This document shows positions 1 to 13,000 of a DNA stretch of 64,000 nucleotides, in pieces (the stretch's first letter is position 1; each line of letters begins with the position of its first letter). A program made the position numbers and the translations under genes. The notes beneath the pieces are model-generated. The model saw only the letters and a list, made by a program, of their open reading frames with translations. It was not told where the DNA came from and searched no databases. Source of the stretch: Phoronis australis (taxonomy: Eukaryota > Animalia > Phoronida); contig NMRA01000127.1 of assembly GCA_002633005.1 (NCBI GenBank), forward strand, positions 767,253 through 831,252. Reading direction: 5' to 3'.

Positions 1-163
1 GATGGGTGCTTAACCGAGAGGTGGGTGCTTAACTGGAAATCTTCAAAAATCGCTGGGGGGGGGGGGCGCTTAACTGAGCAGTGGGCGGTTAAATCGAAAA
101 TCCACCTAAAGTAGGGGGTGGGCGGTTAACTGAGCATGGGCGTTAACCCGAACGTTTACGGTA
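1..163. mobile_element. Right end of a Tc1/mariner-type MITE, truncated by the window edge
   Basis: Subterminal GGGyGCTTAACyG repeats ending ...TTTACGGTA. Confidence 0.55.
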
Positions 164-976
164 CGTTTTTGAAGGATAAACCGGACTTCAGATTTTAAGT
201 TTTGTTCTGTGTTTCGTGTGCTTTGATTAGTACTGATTTTTAGGTTTAAATGGCATTTGACTTTTTACTTAAAAATTTTCATACCGCAAAACACTTCAAA
301 GCGCATTTTTAAAATCTGAATTATTGATACTTTGCTTTTACATATAGCACATATCTGATTTAGCATATTCCTATGTCAATGGCAAACAAATTGTTTTGTC
401 TTTTGAGAAAGCATTTTTAAAATACTAAAACACTTTCAAAATGATTACTTGAATGAAACAGATTGGATCTCCATACTTGGTACCAAACTCCAGTCCTGGA
501 CCAACGGGGCAAGACTGCAATTTGATCCATGGGCTTGGAGTATTTTTGGTGTGCGCGCGTGCGTGTAAAGAGCTCTCGTATGGAATTTGTACAACAGATT
601 TGATGATTGCTGGTCTAGGCCTGGGGTTTTAGGGGATCGTAAAGAGTCCCAGCCATTGAATAGTCTCTACCCCCTGCAGAGGTATGCAATTCAATTCACC
701 TGTTTACAGTACCACCTTGTGGCTGTTTATATTTTTACCTTCACCTTTGAGTGAGCAAACCACGAGTTGTTGTTTAACACTTTTTTAAATCTAATTTCAA
801 CGAAAATAATGTCACTAGTGCTAAGCACTTCTTTCCATAAGGGCTTCCTTCATATGAAGAATGTTTCCTGGTTGATGGCTCTTTATGTAAATAGATTTAT
901 GTAGTAGAAGAACCTCCAGGTCTCAGTAAACCCTCCACATCAAGAACACTGATCTAAATTTCTGTGTATGGAGCAT

Positions 977-1200
977 GGGCCCGTTCCAAGAAACTGACTT
1001 AAGTCTAAGATTTGTCTTAACTTCCAAACTTTGAAACTTCCACATCTGTCAAGATAGTCAGAATTAAGACAAAACTTACATAGAAAACTTAAATCAAACT
1101 TAGATCTCTTTCTTGAAACAGTCTTGAGGCAAATTTATCTTAAAATTTGCTAAAATTTTAAGATATGTCTTAGCTAAGTCAGTTTAGTTGGAACCGGCCC
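977..1200. mobile_element. PIF/Harbinger (Tourist)-like MITE; relatives near 8134-8376, 17300-17565, 20565-20850, 28070-28325, 28628-28910
   Basis: TIR GGGCCCGTTCCAAGAAACTGACTTA / TAAGTCAGTTTAGTTGGAACCGGCCC; candidate 3-bp ATG duplication. Confidence 0.7.
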
Positions 1201-4059
1201 ATGAGTAATTGCCATATTTAGTAGTGGTTTTACGGCAATCAACAACCAAATGTACAACTGTTTTATCAAGGAGAGGATGCCATCTTCTAGCTTTCGTATG
1301 AATTTGACTAAAATTGCCACTGATTGAAATACTGGTGTAACAATGGTTTAATATACAAACACATTATTTTAAATATATAACAAATATGATTGTATGTGTC
1401 CTGCTGCTACACAGATTGGTAGTTGCAAGTGGCTTAATTAGCTGTCAGTCTTTAGTGACAAAAAAGCAAATCTACCCAGGCATTCATCTGTTTATCTTGC
1501 AATCTTGTAAAATGGGTTTGTAGGAGAAAGTCTGTTCCATACTTAGGCTGATAACTTAGTTGTGCTGGAGATTATTAAATCAATGTTTCTCCTTCAGAAT
1601 AACTGACCCTGCGATGACTTGCGTCGAAGAAGATAACCTTCAATTGGCTAATACAGCAGTGATTGCTATGATGTCAAGCATATGTATTAAAATGAGCACT
1701 ACCATACGCTACCTAATTGATTGCATTGTGTTATCGATGCTTTGCTTTTTGTCGTACTATGTCTGGCATGCTTTTTCTATTGCAGGATAAAAACTGTAGA
1801 AATGGCGCAGAAATGGTGATTATTGGTAGTCATTAATCATATTTGTTGTCTCTTTTCCATTTTCGCTGCTGATAACGCGCTTTTTTACCCAGGGTTTTTA
1901 TGGTGTTGGCCACTGTATTTAGAGGGAAGTGTCTTTCCTTGCTTTCTAACACTAGAGAACTCCACATACTCTTGAACCGATTATTGCATACCATTGGACT
2001 TTTTGGCAGAATTTATATTTCAAAATCTGTTCAAAAGAGCAGTAGAGAAGTACCTTTGCATTATTTTTAACCTATCTAAATTGACTTGTCATGTTCAAGT
2101 ATACGAAAAACATGCTGGTTGCAGCTCTAACACACATACAATCGTCACATCACAATTATTGCTCGCTGGTCGAACTGGGGAAAACCTGTTCAGACGGGGA
2201 AAACAGATGGCTGGAATTCACTTGACGCCAGTCTACCTTGTGAAAGTGTTGGCGTGTAGATCAAGTGCAGCTGCTCTGGTGACACACGTTTAATTAGCTA
2301 ATTGTGTGTTGAATATTGTATATCCTCGTTGAGTTATAGGAAATTACATGTTCAGCATACTCAACTGTTAATCAGTCCTTGGAGAGCATGTTGCACTATC
2401 TAATCGCCAACTCTAATGTTCTCTTGGTGTGGTTTTATCCCCAAGTTGTGGAATTCTCTGTGACGGAAATTGAATTATGCTAACGTCACTTCTTATTTTT
2501 TTGTTTTTACGGAGATATCAACATTTTTTTGTCATTGATTTATGAGTGTGTTATTTCGACAAACTAATTTTTAACCTTTAACTAATAACAGCACACCTTT
2601 TTTCCTAGTAGCCTTGGTCATAGGATTCTAGTTTCCTGTCTGAGTTGTTATATTTGATATATGTATTATTCTTTGCTATTTTTAATGGTTGTGGGTTGCC
2701 TTGAACACATCGTCTGTAGTGGGTTTCTACTTTTTTGGTTTGTATTAAGTCATGTGTTTAATTGTGAAGTTTTTTGCTAACAGTTACCTTACAATTTATT
2801 AGTCTTGTTACTCTTATTGATAGTGTAGTTATTGTTAATAGTATTGTTGTTGTTCTTACTATTAGTATTTTTAATGTTATGATTATTATTTACTGTTTAT
2901 GTGTTGTGATCCTGAGGCATTAGTTAGGCTAGTGCGTAGCATAGACTAGATAACTGATCTATTCTGGCTCATGGTTGGCCATACAATTGACATCAACTAA
3001 CTTGGCAATGAGGGCTGGCCCTCCGAACAGGGACTCAAATTGGTCCCCTCTACCTAATAATTGTTTTTTTTACTCTTAATTCCATGCTGATGTCCCCATG
3101 GTACAGTAAAGGCATATGTAAATCCTATCCAACATACTGTACACTGTCTTGAGTTCGTATTATACTGCTAATAGGATACTAAGAATAATTCCTTGTTTGC
3201 AAACTGTTAACAAAAACAAAGTCGTAGTGTTTTTCTCTTCAGCTTTTTTAAATGTTAAAGAAATGACACCTAGTCATGTGGTTTTCTAAATACGGAAGTC
3301 AATTCCGTCAGGAATGTATTTTCGGCTTAAACAAAGCTGACTTGTGCGCTGGAGGCTGGAATGGGCTAAAGGCAAGTGACACACAAGAATTTGAATCCTT
3401 GTTGAACAATTATTTACCTCGTACTTATCCTCTCCACTTTTTTCTGTTTGTTGCACTTTGACTTCCTCTGTCTGTTTTGATTTTTGTTGCAAATTTCATA
3501 CAGTTTGATGGTAAGTTAATAAGGTATTTTCATTTACTAATTATAACATTTCTTACATAATGTTTAAAGTAACAATAATGGATGCATAAAAGCTATGTCT
3601 TTTGAAAATCCTTGATGATCATAGAATCTTTTTACCATATGTGCATGAAAGCCAAGTCCACTATTTGGAATCAAATGATTGATGTGTTTTTTTCTAAAAA
3701 TCAGATTTCTAATGAAGATGGCCGAATTTTCTATAAACACATTTTTTGGGACATATTTGCAGGTTTTGTTTATTTATTCTCTTAGCTACAAAAGTATGTC
3801 CGGTATTTGGTTCTAAGGTCTTTTAGCCTGAGAGCTCAGCTGTGAAAAAATAAAGACTTCCGTTTTTTTTGGAATGTTTACGTCTTAATTTTGACAGCTA
3901 AGTTCTCGGGCTAAAATGCTTTAAAAGAAAATCCCAGATGTGCTTTTGTAGCTAGTTTCTGGAAATTATGTTGATCTTCAATCAGCGTTTTTTTTAGAAT
4001 AGATGGCAAACACTTGGGCATTATTTTAGTGTTCACAAAAAGATTCTATCATCATCAAT

Positions 4060-4440
4060 TTTTGCGACATCTTTTGGTAGATGATGACTTCGTCACTGAA
4101 GCAATATTTGCTCAGAATATCGGTTTGCTAGAACAATACTTCTAAAATGTATAACGAAATGAAACTAGTTCCGATCTGTGACGTTTATGCAACGCTGTGG
4201 GAGAGGAACTGTATTGAAGAATCAGTAAGAACAGAAATTGGCCAACAGGTGTTGTATTTCATGGCACCAAAACCTGACGCGTGAAATCGCAATTTTAACA
4301 GCAAAATAACGGCTGAATGTCACTTTTAAGTCCAGGGACGTACTTAAGGGAAAATGTTGGTTTTGTTGGCATTAATTTTATGTCATATTTTATTTGACCA
4401 GGGTTTTTTCATCCACATTAGTTGTGAAGCTGTATAGATG
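4060..4440. repeat. Dispersed repeat; second copy at ~13505-13890
   Basis: Shared ttttgcgacatct, tttgctcag, agttccgat, atttcatggcacc, aagctgt in the same order. Confidence 0.7.
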
Positions 4441-5475
4441 TCAAATAAAGTAATTTTTGGGTCTTCTATTAATGCTTAAAAAGTTGTTTATAAGAAATTC
4501 AATCTTATATTTCAAAGGTACCTTTAAGTCTTCATTCATTAGAATAGTAAGTGTGCCATGGTTTTGTACGTGTACTGTGGCTCACTTGGCAAGCAGCATC
4601 TTAATGGAAAGCTTTTCCTAGGAGATGCCTCTGATAATGTAGTCAAAAGTAAAAGTATTTTCTGAAATAGGTGCTTTATCCATTTTGAAATCCAATGGTT
4701 TTCATTTTCTGGAAATGAAGGAATGCAGTACTTAAATTTGCGTCTTGCGTACAGTGAAGAAGCACAAGTGCGTGTAAATTCAGTTGATGTATAAGCCTTT
4801 CCCACGAGTCGCTGCTTCCAGGGCCGGTTGGGTGGTGGGGGGATACTCCCGTAGATATGGTGCTCCAAGAGGTAACCTTTTCACAACCACTTTTTCTGTT
4901 TTTCTGCAAAAGGATACTTCTTCTGAGAGAACTGCCTAAAAAAGGGTTCAGTATGGGAGTTCGAACCTCCATAAGAAGGTTCTCATTTCCAACCATACAA
5001 ATGTGACTGAAGGACTTTAAATATTATCTATATTCTTAATTAAAGCTTTGGGCAAAATTTACCAATTTTTGACAACATGACATCCCTTCTTGCACTGTTT
5101 CAGTCTTTGGATTAAAATTTCCTGTATCAACCATCGCTACCGATTAGGTTTAGAATTAACCCCTTCAAAAGGTGACTTTTCACGGAAGCAACCTGCAAAT
5201 ATGTCTTTCTTTCTCATGTTTACTCTCTAAATTGGTCGAAATCCTAATTTTCCAGCTGCACCACGGTCAGCAGTACCTGTTTTTATGGATTTCACGATCA
5301 CCAGTGAAGAGACAAAAAGTCACTTAATATTAATATCTCTGAACATCTGCCAGGTGTAGTGGTTCCTTTCATGTTCAAGTGTTGACCAATTCGCATTGAT
5401 ATCCTCCTCCGTGTATATGAATAAATCGATGTCAGACAGTGCGTTGGTTTCAAGGGCTCTAGTTGTGCCTTTTAG

Positions 5476-5767
5476 TGCTGGGTCAACGTTTTATAATGAG
5501 CTTTAGTCGGAAAGCCCCCAAAAGATTTCATGAAGTTGAACCTAGAATTTGTTTTCAGCAGTTCTATTGTTTAGCATGTGAAGATTTGTTGCAAAGTGTG
5601 CTTTTAATGACTATCAGTAAGTGCTGGGTCAACGTTTTATAATCAGCTTTAGTCGGAAAGCCCCCAAAAGATTTTCTGAAGTTGAACCTAGAATTTGTTG
5701 TCAACAGTTCTATTGTTCAGTATGTGAAGATTTGTTGCAAAGTGTGCTTTTAATGACTATCAGTAAG
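5476..5767. repeat. Tandem duplication, 2 x ~145 bp
   Basis: gtgctgggtcaacgtttt...ctatcagtaagt repeated. Confidence 0.9.
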
Positions 5768-6264
5768 TCTTCAACATCATTTTAAAATACATGGTAACAT
5801 TGTTTTTGAACAGCACTCATGCGGGGATGCATTGTTCATTTAAATATGTATTAGTGGGTACAAGTTTTTAAAAATCCATTTGCTGACACTAAGTGTATTC
5901 ATTTTCTTTCTATACATCCTAGACACTTTGCATTGAATTTCAATTACTTAGCCTTAAATTGGCTGCACGTAGTTATGGCTGTAATAAAATATTGTGTTCA
6001 CGAATCATATTGCAACGGTAATCTGGTGTGACAGTTTTTAAGTTTATCGATATTCCCTCCACTCAAGCATTCACATCCCGGGGCTAACAAGAACCTAAGC
6101 TATTATGATGGGTCACGTGTGTATGTCAGTGGCAAATTTAGGGTTTCCATTTAATTTTGGGTTTGTCTGAAGATTTTTGAATGGTCTGAAATCAGGCAAG
6201 TGAATGCTTTTAATTCTCTGTGACTGTGCAGTGCTCCTGGGTTATGTATTCAAAATGTGCTCAT

Positions 6265-6345
6265 CTTAGGCCTAGTGCAGACGGAGAGGTACTTAGGCCT
6301 AGTGCAGACGGAGAGGTACTTAGGCCTAGTGCAGACGGAGAGGTA
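6265..6345. repeat. 27-bp tandem repeat x3
   Basis: cttaggcctagtgcagacggagaggta. Confidence 0.95.
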
Positions 6346-9300
6346 TGAGCTCAATTTCTGCTTCAAGTGTAAGTTACTTCAAATATTGTTACCCGCATAC
6401 AGTGAGGCAAAATGCTCACTGACCAGTCCTGTAAACTTCGTTTGTAGTAATCGCTGTAACTGGACGATAATTATCCACCGATTTTGCACAAAAACAATTG
6501 CCAAAATAGCCGTTTTTTCATTTTTCAATGGTTGATTTCCTTTTCGAAAATAATGGGAGTTTACAGCAAATACCGTTTTATAAAATCTTCACATGATGCT
6601 TGTAAGACTTAATGCTTTTGTGGAGAAAGGTAATTTCACTTGTCAGCCATATTTTGTGGTAAATAAATGATGAATTACTGCAGTGTACACCCCAGGTGGT
6701 TTCAATGAGCGAGTTGGTGCAGGACGCTTGTTGGTTTTCCGGTGATGCATTAATGAAAGGGGCATTTCGCCAGCTGTATAGCTGTTAATCTAGTTTTAGG
6801 TTTAAAAAACATTACCCTTCTCATCGATTTTGAATTGTTGTCGTCTGAGCTGACATCTCCAGTCATAGGCAATGCATGCATGTGCCACTTTTGAATTCAT
6901 AACTGCTGTGTTTTCTTGAGTCACTGATGGTTATGATGTTCTTGTTGGTTATGAAAATGGAGTCCAGTTGCAGTAAGGATTTTACGAGAGTAAATTGCCT
7001 TTTTACATTTTTTTTAACCAGATAAACTAGGCGAAATGCGGTTTTAATTTTCATTGGTTATTTAACTTAGCTCATCTCACCTGCTATGGGGATTTATGCT
7101 TCCATCTTATTGGCGAATACCTAAGCTTTGAGATGAGCTTATTTGCATTCAAGGCACATAGCTCTCAGTCTGCCCTGTCCCTTTGGCCTCCAGAAGGCTA
7201 CGCAAAGTCTAACTTTAGTTGATAGTTTTTACGTCCTTTTTGCGTCTCCCCTTACCTAGGGCCCAGTCAAGCTATTCCCTAAAAACGTAGCTGCCTTCAG
7301 TGGTGCACGCTTTTGCCAGACATTTGAATAAAACGTTTGGCTTCTCTAGGCCAGCACAGTGATTATTTAGTGTTTTAAGTTGTTTTCTAAATGTTTGACA
7401 GCTGAAACCTCAATCTTGCTGTCCGTCACTTAAAACCCATTTTGGAAGCACCTGAGCCAAATGAGATTTAAATGAATTTATCGATTTCCACTTGTCTATC
7501 TGTTCCAAATGTTGTCTATCTGTCTGATATTAGATTAATTACAAATGAGTTTGCGATTTCTCCACAAATTAGTAGTTCATTTTACCAGGTTTAATTTTTT
7601 CTGGAATGGAATAGTAGCAATGTTAGATTGAACTAATGATTAAACGCCTTGTACCAACTAACTCCCAATTAGTGCCTAGTCAGTGACTGGGTAATTTCAA
7701 TGGTTCCAACTACAAAGGTTTTAAGCATGCTTATACAGTTTATTTGTTGATTTTCACTGGAGAAAGAATGATTATATGGTGACTCATTTGTTTATTTTGT
7801 GGTTAATTAAGGATGGTGTTTTTGTTGTTCTTATATCGCATATTTCTGATACATTTTGTGCTGTATTATTGGATATGTTTTTTTCCTTTTCTATTGGCTG
7901 AGGTTAAGTTGTTTTTGCACATCTGCTTTGTATGCCTAATATTTAACTGGTAATCCTGCCAGTGGATAGACATTTGTCAAGTTGTTTAGTAGAGTGAATT
8001 GTACCATTCATAATCCACAATTTCAACATCAAGGCTGTATGTGACCTTAATGGACAGATTTGAACAAGTACAGAATTCAATACAGCAAAAGCTCTTATTT
8101 CTGAAAGCTGAAAAACTAGAATTTATGTCAATAGCCCATCCCTAGAAAACTGACTTAGCTAAGACAAATCTTAAATTTCAGTAAATTTTTAGATAAAACT
8201 TAAATTTGTCAAGTCTGTTTCAAGAAAGAGATCTCAAGTTTGACTTAAGTTTTTGACTTTTGTTCTTAATTTTGACTATTTAACTTACTAGATGCTGAAG
8301 TTTCAAAGTTTGAAAGTTGAAACAAGTCTCAAACTTAAGCAAAAAATGAACTTAAGCCAGTTTCTTGGAACCAGGGCTCTGGATTTTGAGAATCAGTTTG
8401 ATGGTTGTTATTCAGTGGGGAAAATTGGTTCTCAAAATGTGAGACCCTGTAAGTGACTGTTACCAAATTTATTTTTTTGACTTTATACCAATCTGTTATT
8501 AATTGGATTTCCTGACCATGTCTTTGTAGTAAAAGGAGGAAAAAAGATATATTCATAACAAAACAACATCAATGGCATGTCCAAATTACATTTGATATAA
8601 ATCACTGTTCAAATTATGAATTCTCAAAAAATATTACAATTATGAAACTATTGCCTTTTTGTTTCATGCTATTTTCGAGTTTTTTCTTAAATATAGGAAA
8701 ATTCCTATTTTTGATAGTCCTAAAACAATGGAACACTTTAAAAAAGAAATCCTGACACACCTGGAAAACAACTGTGCATAAAACAAAGTATCTAAAGGTT
8801 TAATTTGAATCTGATCGGCTCATCGCAGACATGATTTCTCAATTTTAGTCAAATTTGGACATTTTCCAAGGTCCCACGTAACTTTATACCTGAAAAATTA
8901 ACATTTTTAATAACTTTGTCCTGTGCAAATTGTGGTTCACTCCCACTGATGTGCCTTCTCAACATATAGAACACGGCAAAAATAATTCAGACAAAATAAC
9001 CCGGATTTACCCATTATGAGGATTGGGTGGAAGGCAAATTGAAGTCAGAATAGCCTTCCTCATGACTATGGTTGAGGGTAATTAAAAGCCATTCTGCAGT
9101 TGGAATTAACAGTCATTACCTGAGACTTTTTTGCGGTCAACAGACTGAGGAAACGTTGTTTTGTCTGATTACTTTTGTCTTGCACCGTATGTAATTGTGA
9201 AATTTAGCTATTAAACAGTTTCTATGGAGTTGGCATAGTACAATCACTGTGAAACATGTTCAATTTCACATGAAAATTAAAGGTAAAAATTGTTGTTTAA

Positions 9301-10000
9301 TGTGGATATAAACTCTCGTTCTGTCAGAAAGAAGAGCTTTTCATTGCCATTATAAAATTGGTCTCAAATTGTTCCTTAGACAAATTAACGGCAATTTCTG
9401 AGCTTGAAAAGAGCTAACATGTCATTATTGCTCAACGGATCAGAGTCTACAAGTTAGTTTGTTGTGGCAGGCTATTTTATAACATCATCTCAAGCAAATT
9501 AAATGGACTGTCAGATTTTTCCGAGTCCAAAAACCAAATCTTATCTGAGTTAGGAATGAGTCGATATCAGTTTTATAGAGGCAAGTGGTTGAAATCTTCT
9601 TTGATGGAACGTGGGTTTGTAGCCTGTCTATTTTTTTTGCAAATATTAATCAAAAATGCTTTCTGTTTTCTCGTTTTGACCACATAGGTGTTAGTGCTCA
9701 AAAGTGCCAAATGCTGTTTTAAGATTGCTGCATAATAATTATGAAGTAAAATTTTTTAAAAATACTTTTTGTTTTTCCCCCCTAAATTTCATAGCATTTT
9801 ACTCTCTGCTTTATGGTATGGCAGGCTAATCGTTTGACCCGCATAGCCTGCTGATGTCTCTGCCTTTTTGTAATTATGAAGTAAAACTTTCTTAATACTT
9901 TTTTGGTTTTATATATTTGAAGACATTTTGCTTTCTGCTATATGGTATGGCAAGTTGAACATTTGACCCTCATAACCAACAGATGTCTCTGTCTTTTCAG

Positions 10001-10071
10001 GGAATATTCTCACAAGTGTTTGACCTTCAAGCCAGCGATTTTGACAACAACGACACGTACAACCGAGAAGG
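10001..10071 (+). CDS. PDE exon (GAF-B: [24 protein letters not shown])
   Basis: ttttcag acceptor and gtcagt donor; phase-2 end fits the next exon. Confidence 0.8.
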
Positions 10072-13000
10072 GTCAGTTGAACATCATGTTTCATAGCTTG
10101 TTGATAAACTTGCGAATGTCACTTGCTTTGGAGGAGAAGGGAGGCCAGCGTGCTAGGAGAGCGATTAATGGCGGCCATGTCTGTGCCATCTGTGACGGGG
10201 ATTGCCATGTAGTCTCCAAACTAGTCATTCAGGATGCTGCATTGACTGTTGAGATGTACCAAGAGTGCAACACCATAGTCTCCCGAGACTGACAGATGCC
10301 AATCAATCACTTAAAGCTGCATTTTGCCCTGTTTTATCACGCTAAAAGTGAAAAGCGAATGAAGCCTTTTACTTTCATAAAATCAACTCCTAATATTCTT
10401 TACTGTGATAGGATTCTATTTATGTTACTGACAAAAACATTGATGCCATCAACACCCAATGAGGTGTTTTAATTTTTATTTGATTGTAGATTCAAAAATG
10501 GAGTAGATGCACATCGCCAGAGACTTGAGTTTCCTGTATATCCGACAATAATTAGACGAGCATGGTATTGTTTTTAAACCCTGAAGTGCTTCGGTTAAGA
10601 ATTGAACACTGACGGGCGAAATGCAGCTCTGACTTGGTCAAACTTAAGCGAAATTTCGCAGTGTATCTCTGGCTCGCAGCTATTCCATGTGTTATGTTAG
10701 AACACATTTTTGTTTCAGTGGTACGTCTTGATTTGTTTTGATTAGGTGTTTGTAAGAAAAAATAATTCAGGTGCACCTCTCTCATCCTAAAATATTTACC
10801 CACAATGCAACATCTGTCAAATCTTCTGTTTCTTCACAAACAAAAAAGTTAGTTTCCCCATTTTCATTATCTATCTCATTATTGTGCAATTCATGATCAT
10901 AATGCGGGCAAACTTGTATTGTTACAATTTGAGTTTCAATGTGCACACCAAGAAACTGGAAATGTGGTGCAAATATGTGGTGGATGTGCTTCAGGGAGAC
11001 ATATACGATGCTGCCCTCTATGATTGTTCTCCAAAGAGAGGTTGGCCCTGGCGTGCTATTGATACATTTTAACTGCAACAGCATTTTGTCAATTACACTG
11101 CGAGTTTTCCATTTCAGTTTACAATTTGAGAGTTTTCACTGGTGACACAGAGTGCTCCAGCCTTGTATTATTTATTGATTATTGAGGGAAAGTGAAGTTC
11201 TGTCTGCGATGTCGGTACTCTTGTCTATGATTCAATTACTGTGGTGTAACCAACTTGGATTTACTCAAATTAGATTTACGTGCTAGATAATGCTATTTTC
11301 AATCACCGTCCTTATTGTCAAACTGTCTACTCCAAATAGTAATTGACATATGTTCTTCTTTACTGGCGCAGGTGCCAAGATCCCAGGTTCCCCATTAACA
11401 TCGGCATCACGGGCTATGTGGCCACTACAGGGGAGGTAAATCTAGTTATGATTGTTCAAATATCCAGAAAATGCAATTGACAACAGTCGATTGTGGAAAC
11501 TCAGTGTAGTAGTCACCTGTTGCACTTTATTGTGGAATATATTCCATAAAAATTTTTCTATTTGGTAAGAAATTGCTGAAAGTACCATATGTCTCTTTTT
11601 AGAGCGTACTTTTTTGTTTTCAAATGCTCAAAAGTTGACCAAATGTTGTTCAGATACTGCTATACTGAGTATACAAGCCATAAGTGAAAGAATTTTTAAA
11701 TTTTCAGAAGAGTTATTTTAGTAAGGAAACTTGACCAAAGGAATTCCAAAGATTTTGCTGTATGTCGGACTAATAGCTATGAAACATTGTACGACGCATA
11801 AGAATTGTGGCCAATCGCTGCATGCCATGTATGATTTTGATCACGTGACTGCATGGTGTGATGTGAATTGTTCACGTGATTCACTAACACTATCTACTGA
11901 GATGAACAGTGACTGATCCCATTTAGGTATTTCATTCTCCAGAAATAACATCACATTTACATGATGAACATGTCCATATATCATTTTCCGTATCTCATGG
12001 GGGCAATCATAGCGACACGTAGACAAGACTTAAGAGATCATTATGCGATGTTGTGCAGTGTTACTCACCACATGAAATTATAGATTCAGTGAAACTGAGT
12101 GTTTATATGGCCCAGAGGTGTACAAAATTCGACTGGAAAATGTGTGCATTTTTATCAGTATTATGTTCTGCTTCAAAGTACCCAGCGCTTAACATGACTA
12201 ATTGGAGCTCAACTTTGACTCCTGTGGAATTCATGGAAGTGTTTTTTCATCCATTAGGATAAAGTCTAATTTCAATTGACATTTACTTTTATTTAAAGGA
12301 TTTGAAGCATTTTTATGAATGCTCGCAATCTTTTCCAAGTATTGTATTGTGATGCTAATTATAGTTTGTGAATTGAAAATAAACTAGGCCATATTGTGTC
12401 TCATATATTTTACCTAAATGAACATTTTGCTTGTAGTTAAGCCTGATGAATATAGCCTGTTACTTTATTATTTTTCTTTTATCTTTTACTTGAATAGACT
12501 GTAAACATACCTGATGCCTATCAGGATGACAGGTTTGACCCCGTGGTGGACGAGGGCGGGATTTTTCGAACAAAAAGCATACTGTGCATGCCAATCAGAA
12601 ACACTCAGCGACAGGTGATAGGTGTCAGTCAACTGGTGAACAAGCTGGATGGCTCCGCCTTCAATAAGAATGATGAATACTTCTTTGAGGTAAATGTGAA
12701 TGTGTTCATGGCGTTCGTGTCGCGTTCGTCTGTTCCCATGAATATGACGGTAATTAGTTCTTTGTTTTATTAAACATATGACTGTTATGATTGATGCTAA
12801 CTCGTTTTGTCCAATCACTTTACATCTCTTTGTATGCCATAGTCGCAGTGAAAGAAAGCAGTACAGAATAAAATAGATTGAGTTAAGTACTACCTTATCC
12901 TTGGAACGCCTTGTCTTTCAAATGGAATAAAATAATGCTACAAGACGTGAAAACGCGAAGTCGTTGCTATGAGTGCACTCAACTTATTACTAGGGTAACC

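Noticed and set aside
164-9990. Upstream PDE exons (start of GAF-B) or other genes
   Set aside because: No splice-bounded segment with the expected peptide was found by eye; the short ORFs look random, so this is probably one long intron.
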